A stretch of DNA of 64,000 nucleotides from IMG/VR virus record IMGVR_UViG_3300035145_003630; one strand, given 5' to 3'. Positions within the stretch are counted from its first letter, which is position 1. Every line of letters begins with the position of its first letter. Below the pieces are notes generated by a model. That model searched no databases. It was not told where the DNA came from and saw only the letters and a program-made list of their open reading frames with translations. The translations under genes and the position numbers were made by a program. This document shows, in pieces, positions 39,125 through 50,176 of this stretch. The stretch is from an uncultured virus (IMG/VR IMGVR_UViG_3300035145_003630) (taxonomy: Duplodnaviria; Heunggongvirae; Uroviricota; Caudoviricetes).

Positions 39125-42100
39125 TATACTACTACTTCTTTGAGTCTATTTATTCTTTCTCTGATATCAGTAATCATTTCCATGTGCTCTTGGACAGTAC
39201 CAATACCTAAGGCAGTAATCAAATCATACTTAAGAGAATGAATACCCCTATCATCTTTAAATACAACTTCAGGAAGAACTTCTTCAACTTCTTGTGCAAT
39301 AAATCCAATAGATTCACCTTTCAAATATGGTCTATGTGTTTTAGTAAAGTCGTCATCATTCCATTCAAAATAAAGACCTTTCAACATTAAAAGTTTTTCT
39401 AAGTTACCCTTCAATCCTTTTAAGTTATCTTTATAACGAATATCCGATGCCGGACCCTGTGCACCCGTTGGACCTTTCGAACCCTGTGGACCTCTATTAC
39501 CTTGAGGACCTTTTGCACCTGGAGAACCCACAGCATCATATCCACGAGGTCCTCGATATCCTTTATCACCTAAAGGTCCTTGTGGTTGATACCCTTTAGG
39601 TCCTTTATTCCCCTTAGCATTTGAAGTAGGTCCTTTATTACCTTGACCCCCTTGAGGTCCTCTCGGTCCTGGTGGGCCGTCATTCCCTTGAGCACCTCTA
39701 CTACCTTTGTTACCTACATAACCTTTAGGTCCTTTATCATTTGAGTTGGCACCTGCAGCACCACCCGGTCCCTGTGGTGATGCACCTGTTGGCCCTTTAG
39801 GACCCGCATCACCCTGAGGTCCTCTTGGTCCCTGTATTTTCGGTCCCTTATCACCTGTAGGTCCTTGTGGAGAAGGTCCCTGACCACCTCTACCACCTTT
39901 TGGTGATGAACCCTGAGGTCCTTTAGCACCTCTATAACCTTTTACACCTAAATAACCTTTAGGTCCTTTAGTACCTTTATCACCAACACCTCCAGTGTTA
40001 CCTCTGTTGCCTGTGGCTCCTTTAGCTCCGATAGGTCCTTTCGGACCGTCAGGGGCCGTTGGACCTTTATATCCTGTAGGTCCTTTATCGTTCGAAGATG
40101 GTCCCTTATCTCCTTGGTCACCTCGGTCTATTGGCCCTTTGTAACCCTTCACACCTTTTGTACCTTCAGGACCCTGTGAACCACCAGGACCAGGGTTATT
40201 AGCACCTGTAGGTCCCGTAGAACCTTGAGGGCCATAATCACCCTGCTGACCTATACCACCTTGAACCTTCGGTCCTTTATCACCTGTAGGTCCTTGTGGT
40301 GAGCTACCTTGTGCACCTCTTGGTCCCTGTGGGGAATTACCCGTAGGACCTTTATTACCAATAAACCCTTTGGCTCCGATATTACCTTTAGGTCCATCAG
40401 CACCTGTAGCACCTCTATTACCTTTAGGTCCGTCAGCACCTGCAGGACCTCTGTTACCCTTAGGTCCGTCAGGAGCAGTATATCCTTTAATACCCTTAGG
40501 TCCTTTGTCACCCGCCGAACCTTGAGGTCCTTGATTTGTATCACCAGTCGAACCACCAGGTCCTTGTGTTGACGCACCTACAGGACCTTGTGGACCTGGA
40601 GACGATGCACCTACACCACCCTGTCCTCCTTGGTTACCCTGTGAACCCTGAGGACCCTGTGGAGACGCTCCTGTTGAACCTCCTGGCCCTTGTGGTGAAG
40701 AACCTATAAAACCTTTCGGTCCTTGAGGTGAATTACCTGTCGGTCCTTTATTACCTTTTGCTCCTTTGAAACCTTTAACACCTTTAGGTCCATCGGCACC
40801 TGTTGCACCTCTGTTACCCTTAGCCCCTAAATTACCTTTCTGACCTTTTTGACCAACAGGTCCTCGTGGGGCTGTTGGCCCTTTATCACCACCAGGTCCC
40901 GTGGAACCTGCAGGTCCTTGTGGTCCTGGGTTGGCATAACCTTTAGGTCCTTTTGGACCCGGATTAGCATCACCTTGAGGTCCTCTGGCACCTTGAGTTG
41001 AGTCTCCAACACCACCTTGACCTCCTTGGTTACCTTGACTACCCTGTGGTCCTTGTGGTGAAGCACCTGTTGAACCACCTGGCCCTTGAGGAGATGCCCC
41101 TCTAAATCCTTTAACACCTTGAGGGGAGTTACCTTGAGCACCTTTATTACCTTTGAAACCTTTAAGACCTTTATTACCTTTAGGTCCATCGGCACCTGTA
41201 GCACCTCTGTTACCTTTAGCACCTAAGTTACCTTTCTGACCTTTTTGACCAATTGGACCCGCAGGTGCTGTAGGTCCTTTATCACCACCAGGTCCCGTAG
41301 AACCTGTTGAACCTCCTGGTCCTTGATTTGTATCACCTGTCGGCCCTTTTGGACCTGGATTGGCGTCACCTTGTGGTCCTCTACTACCTTTTGTAGAGTC
41401 ACCGACTCCACCCTGTCCACCTCTCGGACCTTGACCACCTTGCGGTCCTTGTGGTGATGGTCCTGTCGAACCTTGAGGACCCTGAGGAGAAGTACCTGTA
41501 TCACCCTGAGGTCCTTGTGGGGAAGCTCCGATAAACCCTTTAGGTCCCTTTGGTGAACTACCTTGGGTACCTTTCTGACCTTTATTACCTTTTATACCTT
41601 TAGTACCTTTTTGTCCTTGGGCTCCTTTCTGACCTTTATTACCTTTAGGTCCGTCGGCACCTGTAGCACCTCTGTTACCTTTAGCACCTAAGTTACCTTT
41701 CTGACCTTTGTCACCTGTTGCACCTGCTGGCGCTGTTGGACCTTTATCACCACCAGGTCCCGTAGAACCTGTTGACCCCTGAGGACCTTGATTGGTATCA
41801 CCCTTCGGTCCTTTTGGACCTGGGTTGGCATCTCCTGTTGGACCTTGTGGTCCCTGATTAACATCACCTGTAGAACCACCCGCACCTGTTGGTCCCACAC
41901 CACCAGTTCCACCTCTCGGTGAGTCACCCGTTGACCCTTGAGGTCCTACGATAGTATTTCCTTTCGGACCTTTATTACCTTTAATTGAACTACCTTGTGG
42001 ACCTTTACTACCTTGTCCACCCTGAGAACCCTTCGTACCCTTAGTACCTTTAGGACCATCAGGAGCCGTAGGTCCTTTATCACCTTTATTACCGGCACTA

Positions 42101-42663
42101 CCTGTAGTTCCCTTGGTACCTTTTTGACCTTTTGGTGCGGTTGGACCTTTAATACCTTTGGTACCTTTATTACCTTTTTGACCCTTCTCACCACCATCAC
42201 CTGTGGCACCTGCTGAACCTACATCACCTGTAGACCCTTGGAATGAATCCCCCGTAGAACCTTTAGTACCTACAACATCCTCACCATCAGAACCTTTTTG
42301 TCCTTTGAACAATTCACCTTTTGAACCCTTAGGTCCTGTGGCTCCTTTTTGACCTTTGATACCCTTTTCACCTGTAGAACCTTTTGAACCTGGTGTAACA
42401 CCATCACCTTTGGAACCTTTAGAACCAACTGGACCCTGTGCACCACCACCACCGATACCACCTTTAACACCTTTTGATGCTTGGTACCCCTTATCACCCT
42501 GAGTACCTTTAACACCTTTGATATTTGTAGTAACACCTGACCATACACCGTCTTCACCAACAACTTGATTTGTACCGATACGTAGACCTTTATTCATCTT
42601 AGTAGGTGAATAAATCTTCATCCTTGTTGCCGCATCTGCTATGTGAAATAAGTTCTGTTTCAT
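39124..42663 (-). CDS. collagen-like fibre protein with C-terminal S74 chaperone
   Basis: Gly-X-Y repeats; SDIRYKDN...[15 protein letters not shown]. Confidence 0.92.
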   Translation of the reverse strand: MKQNLFHIADAATRMKIYSPTKMNKGLRIGTNQVVGEDGVWSGVTTNIKGVKGTQGDKGYQASKGVKGGIGGGGAQGPVGSKGSKGDGVTPGSKGSTGEKGIKGQKGATGPKGSKGELFKGQKGSDGEDVVGTKGSTGDSFQGSTGDVGSAGATGDGGEKGQKGNKGTKGIKGPTAPKGQKGTKGTTGSAGNKGDKGPTAPDGPKGTKGTKGSQGGQGSKGPQGSSIKGNKGPKGNTIVGPQGSTGDSPRGGTGGVGPTGAGGSTGDVNQGPQGPTGDANPGPKGPKGDTNQGPQGSTGSTGPGGDKGPTAPAGATGDKGQKGNLGAKGNRGATGADGPKGNKGQKGAQGQKGTKGIKGNKGQKGTQGSSPKGPKGFIGASPQGPQGDTGTSPQGPQGSTGPSPQGPQGGQGPRGGQGGVGDSTKGSRGPQGDANPGPKGPTGDTNQGPGGSTGSTGPGGDKGPTAPAGPIGQKGQKGNLGAKGNRGATGADGPKGNKGLKGFKGNKGAQGNSPQGVKGFRGASPQGPGGSTGASPQGPQGSQGNQGGQGGVGDSTQGARGPQGDANPGPKGPKGYANPGPQGPAGSTGPGGDKGPTAPRGPVGQKGQKGNLGAKGNRGATGADGPKGVKGFKGAKGNKGPTGNSPQGPKGFIGSSPQGPGGSTGASPQGPQGSQGNQGGQGGVGASSPGPQGPVGASTQGPGGSTGDTNQGPQGSAGDKGPKGIKGYTAPDGPKGNRGPAGADGPKGNRGATGADGPKGNIGAKGFIGNKGPTGNSPQGPRGAQGSSPQGPTGDKGPKVQGGIGQQGDYGPQGSTGPTGANNPGPGGSQGPEGTKGVKGYKGPIDRGDQGDKGPSSNDKGPTGYKGPTAPDGPKGPIGAKGATGNRGNTGGVGDKGTKGPKGYLGVKGYRGAKGPQGSSPKGGRGGQGPSPQGPTGDKGPKIQGPRGPQGDAGPKGPTGASPQGPGGAAGANSNDKGPKGYVGNKGSRGAQGNDGPPGPRGPQGGQGNKGPTSNAKGNKGPKGYQPQGPLGDKGYRGPRGYDAVGSPGAKGPQGNRGPQGSKGPTGAQGPASDIRYKDNLKGLKGNLEKLLMLKGLYFEWNDDDFTKTHRPYLKGESIGFIAQEVEEVLPEVVFKDDRGIHSLKYDLITALGIGTVQEHMEMITDIRERINRLKEVVV

Positions 42664-42694
42664 GTTATATTATAAATATCTAAAAATCTTTCTT

Positions 42695-43918
42695 TTATGA
42701 GTACGTTTCTATTACATTATCGTTATTAGCAAATCGGTACATTGCCAGCCAAAGTTTATTCTGAGTTTCATTATATTCATTATCATAAACAACAACTCGA
42801 CTTCCAGAATTGTATGAGGATATTGCAGCAATATCTACAACTTCTGAGGTGTTACCACTACTACCATCAATGACCACCAAATCATATAACCACATAAAGA
42901 ATATGTCACCATTATTGTTATTTTTTGTCGCATTTTGGTGATTATGTAATACATCATACGCATTGAATGAGCCAGTTAATTTTTCCTTCTTATCTATCTC
43001 AGTGAATGTATCATTTGAATAATCATAATACCCATATGTCAAACCTGTGGCAGGTGCTGAAGAACCTGCATAATACCACTCTGTCTGAGTACCGTATACT
43101 TTTTCTGAACCGTCCAACAACTGATATCCCGTATACTGAGTAGAGTGGGATTGTGTAGACCCTGTCGTAAATGTATTATTACTCAAATTGAATGTACCAT
43201 AAGCAGTAGTACATCCTTCAGAAGCACTAACACTACGGTTAGGCATCGACCATAACAATTTACCATTAGCATACAATAATTGTTGTATGTAATTATTAGA
43301 ATCGTTTCCATACTCAAGGTAAGAATACCTACCAACTAAACTTAAATCAGAAGAGTACAATATTGTTAGAACATTATTGTTATTATATCTCTCACCAAAA
43401 GCAACATATCCTGTTGAGTTATATTCGTAATAGTGACCTCTTGTGTGTATAAAAGTACCACCATTATAAGTGTGAGTTACTTGTCCTGTGTTTGTATTTA
43501 TTCTCTTAATTTCAACATCACTGTTCGATGAGTCACGAGAAAACACATATATAAAATTAGTCTCACCTTTTTCAATTGATGGATTATTACTATTCAACCC
43601 ATTGAAATAATTTGTAGAGAATTTTGTATCACTCGAACCACTAAACCCTTCAATAGATTTAGCATAAGGTGAAGTTCTCGACTCAGCAATAGTATACATT
43701 GACCCTGAATCTATATCATAAGTCATATCATATATAAAAACACCACTCGAATTTGGAACAGTACCCGAATTACTCAACGGTATATCTTGACTAAACAACA
43801 ACTCACCCGAAGTGGTCATTTCGATAGTATATGTAGCACCTGTTCCTCCCGAAAACAATACGTGAGGGTTGGAATTACTTGTAGTTCCTGATGGATAAAC
43901 AATTACTGTGGTTGCCAT
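42695..43918 (-). CDS. S/T/N/Y-rich beta-structured (propeller-like) virion/fibre-associated protein
   Basis: between collagen genes; N-terminus resembles that of 43918..48375. Confidence 0.7.
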   Translation of the reverse strand: MATTVIVYPSGTTSNSNPHVLFSGGTGATYTIEMTTSGELLFSQDIPLSNSGTVPNSSGVFIYDMTYDIDSGSMYTIAESRTSPYAKSIEGFSGSSDTKFSTNYFNGLNSNNPSIEKGETNFIYVFSRDSSNSDVEIKRINTNTGQVTHTYNGGTFIHTRGHYYEYNSTGYVAFGERYNNNNVLTILYSSDLSLVGRYSYLEYGNDSNNYIQQLLYANGKLLWSMPNRSVSASEGCTTAYGTFNLSNNTFTTGSTQSHSTQYTGYQLLDGSEKVYGTQTEWYYAGSSAPATGLTYGYYDYSNDTFTEIDKKEKLTGSFNAYDVLHNHQNATKNNNNGDIFFMWLYDLVVIDGSSGNTSEVVDIAAISSYNSGSRVVVYDNEYNETQNKLWLAMYRFANNDNVIETYS

Positions 43919-46900
43919 TATAATTTACTATTTAACTCGTTGATGTCTTTATCTATCTCGTCGATAAGTAACTGTTGTTCTTTAACGGCTTGTACCAAAT
44001 ACGCATTTAACATTGAATAGTGGATACCTAAGTAACCTTCTTTGTTTCTAAAGATTACCTCAGGAATAATCGGTTCCAATTGCTGAGCAATAATACCAAT
44101 AGAGTGTAGTTTGTCCCTTTCTTTAAGATATTCATACATTGGTAAGGTCATGTTCCAATCGTATTCTTTCAACTCAATTTGAACTAACTTCTCAGTTGCA
44201 TCTGTTAATGTTTGAATTTCTTTCTTTAATCTAACATCCGACTTTGGCGGCGGTGTTGGTTCATCACAAAAGTGAATTGGCCCTGTAACAAGACATTGGT
44301 CCGTCAGAACCTCAAACACATCAGTTGTACCAGGATTATTAACATACACATTAGGACCACCACATCCAAATGGACTGAAATCACAGTTTTCACAAGTTGA
44401 TTGAGTGTTAATAGTACACCCGTTCGCCCAAGATGTACAAGTCGGAGAATAGAATGTTGCCAAATTTAGTTCAAAACATAAAGCAATAGGGTCAGCACAA
44501 TGAAAATAAGTCTGAATAGCATTACAAGAACCTGGTCCTGGAGGCCCCGCATCTCCTGAAGGTCCTCTATAACCTTTTGCACCACCTCCACCTTGAGGAC
44601 CTCTTGGTCCTTGATAAGAAATACCATTATTACCCTTAGGTCCTTTAGGTCCTTGATTACCTTGAGCACCTTGACCTCCTGCATCACCAGTCGGCCCTTT
44701 AGGTCCTTGTGTACCCTGTGGACCTCTGAAACCTTTATATCCTTTAAGACCCTTAGGTCCAGGATTCGCATAACCCTTAGGTCCTTTATCAGTTGAGGTA
44801 TATCCCTTTTCACCTATAGGTCCTCTGCTACCTTGTCCACCTCTATTACCTTTAGGTCCATCAGCACCAGTATTACCTTGAGCACCATTTACACCAATAT
44901 AACCTTTAGGTCCTTTAGCACCCTTTTCACCTATACCACCTGTGGCACCTCTGTTACCTGTAGCACCCTTATAACCTGTTGGTCCTTTTGGACCGTCAGG
45001 TGCCGTAGGCCCCTTGTAACCTGTAGGTCCTTTGTCATTTGATGCCGGCCCTTTGTCACCTTGGTCACCACGGTCGATAGGTCCTTTATAACCTTTAACA
45101 CCCTTATCACCCTGAGGCCCAATCGGTCCCTGTGGACCTGGATTGTTGGCACCTGTTGCACCAGTTTCACCAGTACCTCCTCTATCACCTTGGACACCTC
45201 TATAACCTTGAACTTTTGGCCCCTTATCACCTGTAGGACCCTGTGGGGAGTTACCTTGAGAACCTCTGTTACCTTTTGGTGATGAACCCTGAGGTCCCTT
45301 AGCACCTCTATATCCTTTAGGTCCAAGTAGACCTTTAAAACCTTTTTGTCCTTTATCTCCCTGAGCACCAGTATTACCTCTGTTACCAGTAGCACCTTTA
45401 TAACCTTTAGGACCTTTTGGTCCGTCAGGTGCAGTATAACCTTTAAGACCCTTAGGTCCTTTATCGTTAGAGGCAGGTCCTTTTGGTCCTGGGTTGGCAT
45501 ATCCTTTAGGTCCCTTAGGTCCAACGTTAGCATAACCTTTAGGCCCTTTAGGTCCTGTATTATTAGCACCTGTAGGACCTACAGAACCACCACCACCGGT
45601 TCCACCTCTATTACCTTTAGGTGATGCACCTGTAGCACCTCTGTTACCTTTTGGAGAGCTTCCTTGAGGTCCCTTAGCACCCTGTGGTGAGTTTCCTTGA
45701 ACACCTTTCTGCCCTTTGTTACCCTTGTTACCCTTATTACCTTTAGGTCCATCAGCACCTGAAGCACCCCTGTTACCCTTAGGTCCGTCATTACCTGTTG
45801 GTCCCTTAATACCTTTAGGACCTGCCGGTGCAGTATAACCTTTATCACCTGTCGGTCCTGTTGAACCACCAGGACCCTGTGGACCTGGATTGGCATAACC
45901 TTTAGGTCCTTTAGAACCTTGATTTGAGTCACCTTGAGGTCCTCTATACCCTTTAACTGAATCACCAACTCCACCTTGGCCACCCTGACCACCTGTATTA
46001 CCTCTCGGTCCCTGTGGAGAAGCACCTGTTGAACCTCCTGGCCCTTGAGGGGAATTACCAATGAAACCTTTAGGTCCCTTAGGTGAGTTACCTTGAGCAC
46101 CTTTCTGACCTTTATTACCTTTAACACCTTTGGTACCTTTCGGTCCGTCAGCACCCGCAGCACCTCTGTTACCCTTTGGTCCATCGTTTCCTGTCGGTCC
46201 TTTTATACCTTTGGCTCCTGCCGGTGCAGTAGGTCCTTTATCTCCCGTTGGCCCTGTTGAACCACCAGGACCTTGCGGACCTGGATTGGCATATCCTTTT
46301 GGTCCTTTAGCACCTGGATTAGCGTCTCCAATAGTTCCTTGAGGTCCCTGAACTGAATCACCAACTCCACCCTGAGCACCTTGGTTACCTTGAGCACCTT
46401 GTGGACCCTGTGGCGAGGCACCTGTAGCCCCTCGTGGACCCTGTGGGGAGTTACCAATAAACCCTTTAGGTCCCTTAGGCGAATTACCTTGAACCCCTTT
46501 GAATCCTTTTACACCCTTGTTACCTTTGTTACCCTTTGGTCCTTGAGCACCTTTTTGACCCTTATTACCTTTGGCACCAGTACCTCCTTTAGCACCTTTG
46601 TTACCTTTTGGACCGTCATTACCTGTAGGTCCTTTATCACCCACACTTCCCGCAGGTGCTGTAGGACCCTTGTCACCACCAGGACCTGTCGGACCTGTTG
46701 AACCACCTGGTCCTTGATTTGTATCACCCGTCGGACCTTTTGGTCCTGGATTGGCATAACCTTTAGGTCCTTTTGCACCAGGATTAGCATCACCCGTAGT
46801 TCCTCTGTTACCTTTGGTTGAATCACCTACACCACCCTGTGCACCTTGACCACCTTGGTTACCTTGTGCTCCGATTGGTGAAGAACCTGTTGACCCACCT

Positions 46901-48375
46901 GGACCTTGTGGAGATGGACCTCTATTACCTTTTTCACCTTGAGGAGAAGACCCTGTAGAACCTTTAGTTCCTTTGACACCTTTGGCACCTTTGAAACCTT
47001 TAACACCTTTAGGTCCATCGACACCTTTGGTACCTTTGGCACCCTTATCACCTTTCTGACCTTTATCACCAGCACCACCTGCAGGTGCCGTAAATCCTTT
47101 GATACCCTTGATACCTTTCTGTCCCTTCTCACCTGTAGGACCTTTAGGACCTGGGTTATTATCACCAACAGGACCTCTATCACCTTTGGATGCTTCACCC
47201 TTTTGACCTTTATCACCTGGACTACTATCACCTGTAGGACCTGTAGACCCTTGGAAGTTATCACCAACAGAACCTAATCCACCTTGAGCACCCTTAGTAC
47301 CTTTGGCACCCTGATTACCTCGTGGTGATGCACCCTGTTGACCTTTCTGACCTTTAGGATTATCACCCTTAGTACCTTTCTGACCCTTTTGAGTATCACC
47401 CTTTTGACCTTTATCACCTTTAGTACCTTTCTGACCAACGTTACCCGTCTCAAACTCATCGAAGTTACCATTGACCATCACATCAGAACTGTCTGAAGTC
47501 TTAATTAATTTGACGGCATCCAAGAAGTTACCTCCATTACTACTCGTCGTAGAACTGAAGGTTAATACTAAACTGTTATCACTTGGTGTGAAAGTATGTG
47601 TATGGACTGTCCACTGACTCGTTGAACCTGTAAAGTTACCCACATTGATGTTAGTCGAACCACCGATAATGGTCACATTCATAACATTGTCAAACGTCGA
47701 CCTTCCTCTGTGTGCAAAAGAAAGTTGATATTGTTGACCTGATACAACTGTTACTGTTTGTTGTAAGGCGTGTTTTTGTGAAACTCTCGAATTGATTTCA
47801 GCAAAGTAATCACCCTCATAAGAAGGTACATTTGAGAAACCTGTCTTCCAAATCTCCACTACATTGTCTGAAGCAGTTGGGTCCCATCCTGGTATACAGT
47901 CTTGGTAGAACCATGTGAATGTGGTTGGTGGTGGTGGACATGAACCTCCGAAACCGTCTTCACCCTTTTCACCTTTTTGACCTTTTACATTTTCACCAAC
48001 ACCTCCGACGTTACCCTTAGTACCTTTCGTACCCTTGTAACCTTTGTCTCCTTTGATACCTTTTTGACCCTTTTGACCAACTTCACCTTTCTGACCTTTG
48101 ATTCTTTGGTCACTACCAACCCAATCACCACTGGAATCAGTACCCAAATTACCTTTGAAGTTTACATCACTATTGAAATCGATATCACCCTTTACTGTAA
48201 AGTTAAGAGTATCGGCATCCATCTTTACGATTTCATCACCCTGTGTCTTTCCTGAAAATACAATTGAACCATCATCTTCAACCCTCATTTGAATTTCATC
48301 CCCGTTCGTGTTGGTGAACAGAATATATGGTGAACTTCCTGAAGGATTAGGAACTATCTTAATATTTTTTGCCAT
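43918..48375 (-). CDS. collagen-like fibre protein with inserted CBM-like domain, Cys-rich domain and S74 chaperone
   Basis: Gly-X-Y repeats; jelly-roll-like insert; Cys-rich segment; SDVRLKKE...GIIAQ. Confidence 0.92.
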   Translation of the reverse strand: MAKNIKIVPNPSGSSPYILFTNTNGDEIQMRVEDDGSIVFSGKTQGDEIVKMDADTLNFTVKGDIDFNSDVNFKGNLGTDSSGDWVGSDQRIKGQKGEVGQKGQKGIKGDKGYKGTKGTKGNVGGVGENVKGQKGEKGEDGFGGSCPPPPTTFTWFYQDCIPGWDPTASDNVVEIWKTGFSNVPSYEGDYFAEINSRVSQKHALQQTVTVVSGQQYQLSFAHRGRSTFDNVMNVTIIGGSTNINVGNFTGSTSQWTVHTHTFTPSDNSLVLTFSSTTSSNGGNFLDAVKLIKTSDSSDVMVNGNFDEFETGNVGQKGTKGDKGQKGDTQKGQKGTKGDNPKGQKGQQGASPRGNQGAKGTKGAQGGLGSVGDNFQGSTGPTGDSSPGDKGQKGEASKGDRGPVGDNNPGPKGPTGEKGQKGIKGIKGFTAPAGGAGDKGQKGDKGAKGTKGVDGPKGVKGFKGAKGVKGTKGSTGSSPQGEKGNRGPSPQGPGGSTGSSPIGAQGNQGGQGAQGGVGDSTKGNRGTTGDANPGAKGPKGYANPGPKGPTGDTNQGPGGSTGPTGPGGDKGPTAPAGSVGDKGPTGNDGPKGNKGAKGGTGAKGNKGQKGAQGPKGNKGNKGVKGFKGVQGNSPKGPKGFIGNSPQGPRGATGASPQGPQGAQGNQGAQGGVGDSVQGPQGTIGDANPGAKGPKGYANPGPQGPGGSTGPTGDKGPTAPAGAKGIKGPTGNDGPKGNRGAAGADGPKGTKGVKGNKGQKGAQGNSPKGPKGFIGNSPQGPGGSTGASPQGPRGNTGGQGGQGGVGDSVKGYRGPQGDSNQGSKGPKGYANPGPQGPGGSTGPTGDKGYTAPAGPKGIKGPTGNDGPKGNRGASGADGPKGNKGNKGNKGQKGVQGNSPQGAKGPQGSSPKGNRGATGASPKGNRGGTGGGGSVGPTGANNTGPKGPKGYANVGPKGPKGYANPGPKGPASNDKGPKGLKGYTAPDGPKGPKGYKGATGNRGNTGAQGDKGQKGFKGLLGPKGYRGAKGPQGSSPKGNRGSQGNSPQGPTGDKGPKVQGYRGVQGDRGGTGETGATGANNPGPQGPIGPQGDKGVKGYKGPIDRGDQGDKGPASNDKGPTGYKGPTAPDGPKGPTGYKGATGNRGATGGIGEKGAKGPKGYIGVNGAQGNTGADGPKGNRGGQGSRGPIGEKGYTSTDKGPKGYANPGPKGLKGYKGFRGPQGTQGPKGPTGDAGGQGAQGNQGPKGPKGNNGISYQGPRGPQGGGGAKGYRGPSGDAGPPGPGSCNAIQTYFHCADPIALCFELNLATFYSPTCTSWANGCTINTQSTCENCDFSPFGCGGPNVYVNNPGTTDVFEVLTDQCLVTGPIHFCDEPTPPPKSDVRLKKEIQTLTDATEKLVQIELKEYDWNMTLPMYEYLKERDKLHSIGIIAQQLEPIIPEVIFRNKEGYLGIHYSMLNAYLVQAVKEQQLLIDEIDKDINELNSKL

Positions 48376-48506
48376 GCAATTTAAAAGGTCTCAAGGTTTA
48401 TTTCAATAAATATATTGTAATCCAATTCTATACAATAAATACTACGTTGGTCTTTAACCTTTCATTTGTTTTTAATATAATTTCACCATAGACAAGTTAA
48501 AGACTA

Positions 48507-49220
48507 ATGAATAAAAAAGAATTGAGATTCTGCGATGAGATTTGTGATATGATTGCTACCATCATCATACAGAAACAAGAAGAAATAAAACCCGATTTAG
48601 ACGCAAAAATTTGGGTGACGTGGGTAGACCGATTTTTTGTGGTGAACGGATTTACCACATTAACAAATGTGTTTGATACCTCAGCGGTAATAAATGAAAA
48701 ACTATCTCAGATATACGATGAGGATTGGATTCCGATTAACATTGTGGACCTTATAAGATATGGTGAAAATAGTAAACCACAAAACAGAAGATTTCATTAC
48801 CACAGATTTAACCGTGATGACGATACACTAATTACTGACCCTCGTCCTGTTACAACCGCAGATGTATTTAGAAAACCAATAATCTCACAAGATATCTTTG
48901 GTCAATCAGTAAGTTATAAAAACTATTACTTCTTGGCAGCAAAGATTGCCAATCATATCTATCGTGCCAATTATACCAATGACGAGATTACGATTGATAT
49001 CAATAGTGAGAATCAGGAAATTGATATATACATAAAAGGTGATTCCACTGTCAGCATTGATTTTATAAACAATGTCGTGGACGCTTGTTTTGCTGAAAAG
49101 TTCCAAGAAGAGTTTGATAAAATGGATTTGAAGAACTTTGACTTCTTTGATTACATCAATCAAGAAATGAACTATCCTTGGCACAGATTAGACCACATGA
49201 AAGACTTTATGATGATATAA
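48507..49220 (+). CDS. hypothetical protein
   Basis: 237-aa ORF divergent from the fibre cluster. Confidence 0.75.
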   Translation: MNKKELRFCDEICDMIATIIIQKQEEIKPDLDAKIWVTWVDRFFVVNGFTTLTNVFDTSAVINEKLSQIYDEDWIPINIVDLIRYGENSKPQNRRFHYHRFNRDDDTLITDPRPVTTADVFRKPIISQDIFGQSVSYKNYYFLAAKIANHIYRANYTNDEITIDINSENQEIDIYIKGDSTVSIDFINNVVDACFAEKFQEEFDKMDLKNFDFFDYINQEMNYPWHRLDHMKDFMMI

Positions 49221-49250
49221 AAAGAAAGGGGACCGAAGTCCCCTTTTTTT
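49221..49250. terminator. bidirectional intrinsic terminator
   Basis: AAAGGGGAC-CGAA-GTCCCCTTTTTTT between convergent genes. Confidence 0.8.
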
Positions 49251-49527
49251 ATACGAATTGTTTTACTTTTTCCAACGCTTCGTGGATGTCCTCAAAATCC
49301 CTATCAGGGGCCATCAGTTTTACATCCAACACTTCCTCACCTTCATGTTCAATCAACATAAACGCAGGAATATATTCGTTACCCGTTGCCTCAACAAAGT
49401 TATCATACTCCCTTTCGTGGTCGTCAATGTCTCTTTCAATATATGAAATCTTAGACTCCTTTAATAAGTCTTTCATTTGGTCACAAAAAGGACAACCCTT
49501 CATAGAATATAATACAACTTGTTTCAT
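49249..49527 (-). CDS. glutaredoxin-like protein
   Basis: YSMKGCPFC, YIP cis-Pro motif. Confidence 0.88.
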   Translation of the reverse strand: MKQVVLYSMKGCPFCDQMKDLLKESKISYIERDIDDHEREYDNFVEATGNEYIPAFMLIEHEGEEVLDVKLMAPDRDFEDIHEALEKVKQFV

Positions 49528-49844
49528 TACAGGATAGTTTCTTTCAATTCATCAAGCTGAGCCTCTTGCAAGATACCCGTCTTTGTGGCAATAACCTCAC
49601 CATTAGATACCGCTTTAATCGTTGGGATAGAACGAACACCCATCTCAACAGCCAACTCTTTATCTGATTCAATGTCAAACTTATAGACACCCACATCAGA
49701 ACCTTCTTCTTTTAATTTGTTTGCATACCTTTCAACGATAGGTCCCAACACTCGGCAAGGTCCACACCAATCAGCATACATATCAATGATGAACTTCTCA
49801 CCGCTATTCATTTTTTCTCTCAACTCTTGTGAAGTTAATACCAT
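49527..49844 (-). CDS. trxA: thioredoxin
   Basis: WCGPC, VRSIPT. Confidence 0.92.
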   Translation of the reverse strand: MVLTSQELREKMNSGEKFIIDMYADWCGPCRVLGPIVERYANKLKEEGSDVGVYKFDIESDKELAVEMGVRSIPTIKAVSNGEVIATKTGILQEAQLDELKETIL

Positions 49845-50176
49845 GGTAATTTAATTTTTTGTTTTTTAATACTGTTAATAAAGAATAAGATACCATCACG
49901 ACCCTTTTCATTAGTTAAACACACCAACCAATAGGTTGTATCATCCTCATTCCTCTTATAGTAAATATACGAAGAACCTTCACTAAACTCAATAATACCT
50001 TCGTATCTATCTATGGAATCATCAACGATACTGTTTCCCCAAATCTCTTTGTTACCCTTATTTAATAAAGTCATAACAACATCTTTGGGGTACCAACCAG
50101 ACTGAATAAGAGAGGGGTATTCACCCACTCTCTTTTCAACTAATTCAATAATCTTTTCTGATAATTTACTTTCCAT
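49835..50176 (-). CDS. hypothetical protein
   Basis: ORF overlapping both neighbours. Confidence 0.65.
   Translation of the reverse strand: MESKLSEKIIELVEKRVGEYPSLIQSGWYPKDVVMTLLNKGNKEIWGNSIVDDSIDRYEGIIEFSEGSSYIYYKRNEDDTTYWLVCLTNEKGRDGILFFINSIKKQKIKLPWY

Noticed and set aside
35800..48100. CRISPR array or satellite DNA
   Set aside because: The repeats are in-frame, synonymously diverged protein repeats with no constant repeat plus unique spacer structure, and no cas genes were seen.
35788..48292. Many alternative-frame and antisense ORFs inside the collagen genes
   Set aside because: They are by-products of GGN-rich Gly-X-Y codons that lack stops in other frames, with no independent coding signal.
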